Below, one piece after another: positions 63,368 to 64,000 of a DNA stretch of 64,000 nucleotides; within the stretch, counting starts at the first letter, position 1, and the number at the start of each line of letters is the position of its first letter. Under the pieces are notes generated by a model. That model worked only from the letters and a program-made list of their open reading frames with translations, did not search any database and was not told the DNA's origin. The translations under genes and the position numbers were made by a program. This DNA comes from an uncultured Oscillospiraceae bacterium (GTDB lineage: Bacteria > Bacillota > Clostridia > Oscillospirales > Acutalibacteraceae), in the NCBI GenBank assembly GCA_900540535.1, contig UQGM01000001.1, positions 30,148-94,147 on the forward strand, written 5' to 3'.

Positions 63368-64000
63368 TTACTGATTATCGCTGTCCAAGGCGAAAAGGGC
63401 AGCTCCCAAAGCTCCGCATAAATCGGGATTTTCGGGAATGAAAAGTTTATCATTAAGTCCCTTTTCGATTTCGGCTGCAACGCCCTTATTTCTCGCAACG
63501 CCGCCCGTCATCATGTAAACAGGTGTGTGATTTGTGCGGGCTACCAGTGAAAGAGTCTTTGATGCTACGGATTTATTGAGTCCGTGAATAATGTCGTCGC
63601 TGCTTTTGTTTTCGGCAATGAGGGAGATGACCTCCGATTCGGCGAAAACCGTGCACATACTTGAAATGGTTATATTCTCTTTCCATGAAAGACCACGCTT
63701 TCCCATTTCTTCAAGCTCCAGCTCAAGGGTTTTCGCCATTGCTTCAAGAAATCTTCCCGTACCGGCAGCGCATTTATCGTTCATAACAAAGTTTGTTACG
63801 TTTCCATTTGAGTCAAGGCAGATTACCTTGCTGTCCTGTCCGCCGATGTCAATAACTGTGCGTACATTGGGATTTATAAAATTAGCTCCTCTTCCGTGAC
63901 AGGTTATCTCCGTTTTTGCGCCCTGTGCAAAGCCGATATTATTTCTGCCGTAGCCCGTTGCAATTATTTTTTTAATGGAGTCAATTTTAATGCCGTACTC
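63368..64000 (-). CDS. CoA-substrate-specific enzyme activase (BadF/BadG/BcrA/BcrD ATPase family; 2-hydroxyacyl-CoA dehydratase activator-like), 5'-partial at window edge
   Basis: Translation continues in-frame upstream of the annotated Met to the window end: ...GRGANFINPNVRTVIDIGGQDSKVICLDSNGNVTNFVMNDKCAAGTGRFLE. DKCAAGTG is the family signature. N-terminus lies beyond 64000. Confidence 0.8.
   Translation of the reverse strand, partial: EYGIKIDSIKKIIATGYGRNNIGFAQGAKTEITCHGRGANFINPNVRTVIDIGGQDSKVICLDSNGNVTNFVMNDKCAAGTGRFLEAMAKTLELELEEMGKRGLSWKENITISSMCTVFAESEVISLIAENKSSDDIIHGLNKSVASKTLSLVARTNHTPVYMMTGGVARNKGVAAEIEKGLNDKLFIPENPDLCGALGAALFALDSDNQ

Noticed and set aside
63368-63784. ORF-track call of a complete 138-aa protein starting at Met (63784)
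   Set aside because: In-frame translation upstream has no stop out to position 64000. It contains the conserved IDIGGQDSKVI...NDKCAAGTG activase motifs. The gene is therefore truncated by the window edge rather than starting at this Met.

Overview
This window is low-GC (about 40-45% by eye) and Firmicutes/Clostridia-like, and spans the chromosomal replication-origin neighbourhood. Most genes from 13 kb onward are on the + strand. Origin-set genes: dnaA-dnaN-yaaA(S4)-recF-DUF370-gyrB-(ycxB-like)-gyrA, with clusters of degenerate DnaA boxes and an AT-rich DNA-unwinding-element candidate flanking dnaA. Also present are rpsF-ssb-rpsR and mnmE-mnmG-rsmG-noc-(GNAT)-parA-parB-serS. The accessory content includes predicted glycoside hydrolases and esterases for glycan foraging: a GH95-like enzyme, GH20, GH18, GH3, GH2, an SGNH esterase and an alpha/beta hydrolase. 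There is also a PadR/DUF1700 pair, a small Hanks-type kinase operon, a VanS/YycG-like two-component system with a large extracellular sensor, an NSS transporter, and a membrane-tethered XRE regulator pair. A cobalamin (B12) riboswitch with an upstream sigma-70-like promoter (TTGACA-17-TATAGT) and a downstream stem-loop plus T-run read as the attenuator lies ahead of a large cell-surface beta-propeller protein. A DUF4430 (transcobalamin-like) lipoprotein and an ECF-type transporter (T, fused A-A', S) follow it; I read this as a candidate Gram-positive B12-capture and uptake apparatus. The most striking feature is a family of modular, hairpin-rich, non-coding intergenic repeats at six loci in both orientations. 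It covers about 3.7 kb, roughly 6% of the window. Each copy has a 5' array of 14-15 bp palindromic units with a conserved ACCCAAGTCGCACAC-like tail, then two 87-nt stem-loops and further hairpins. The stems show compensatory base changes between copies. The repeats create many spurious ORF calls. They look like a BOX/MITE-like element or a multi-copy structured ncRNA and appear undescribed.
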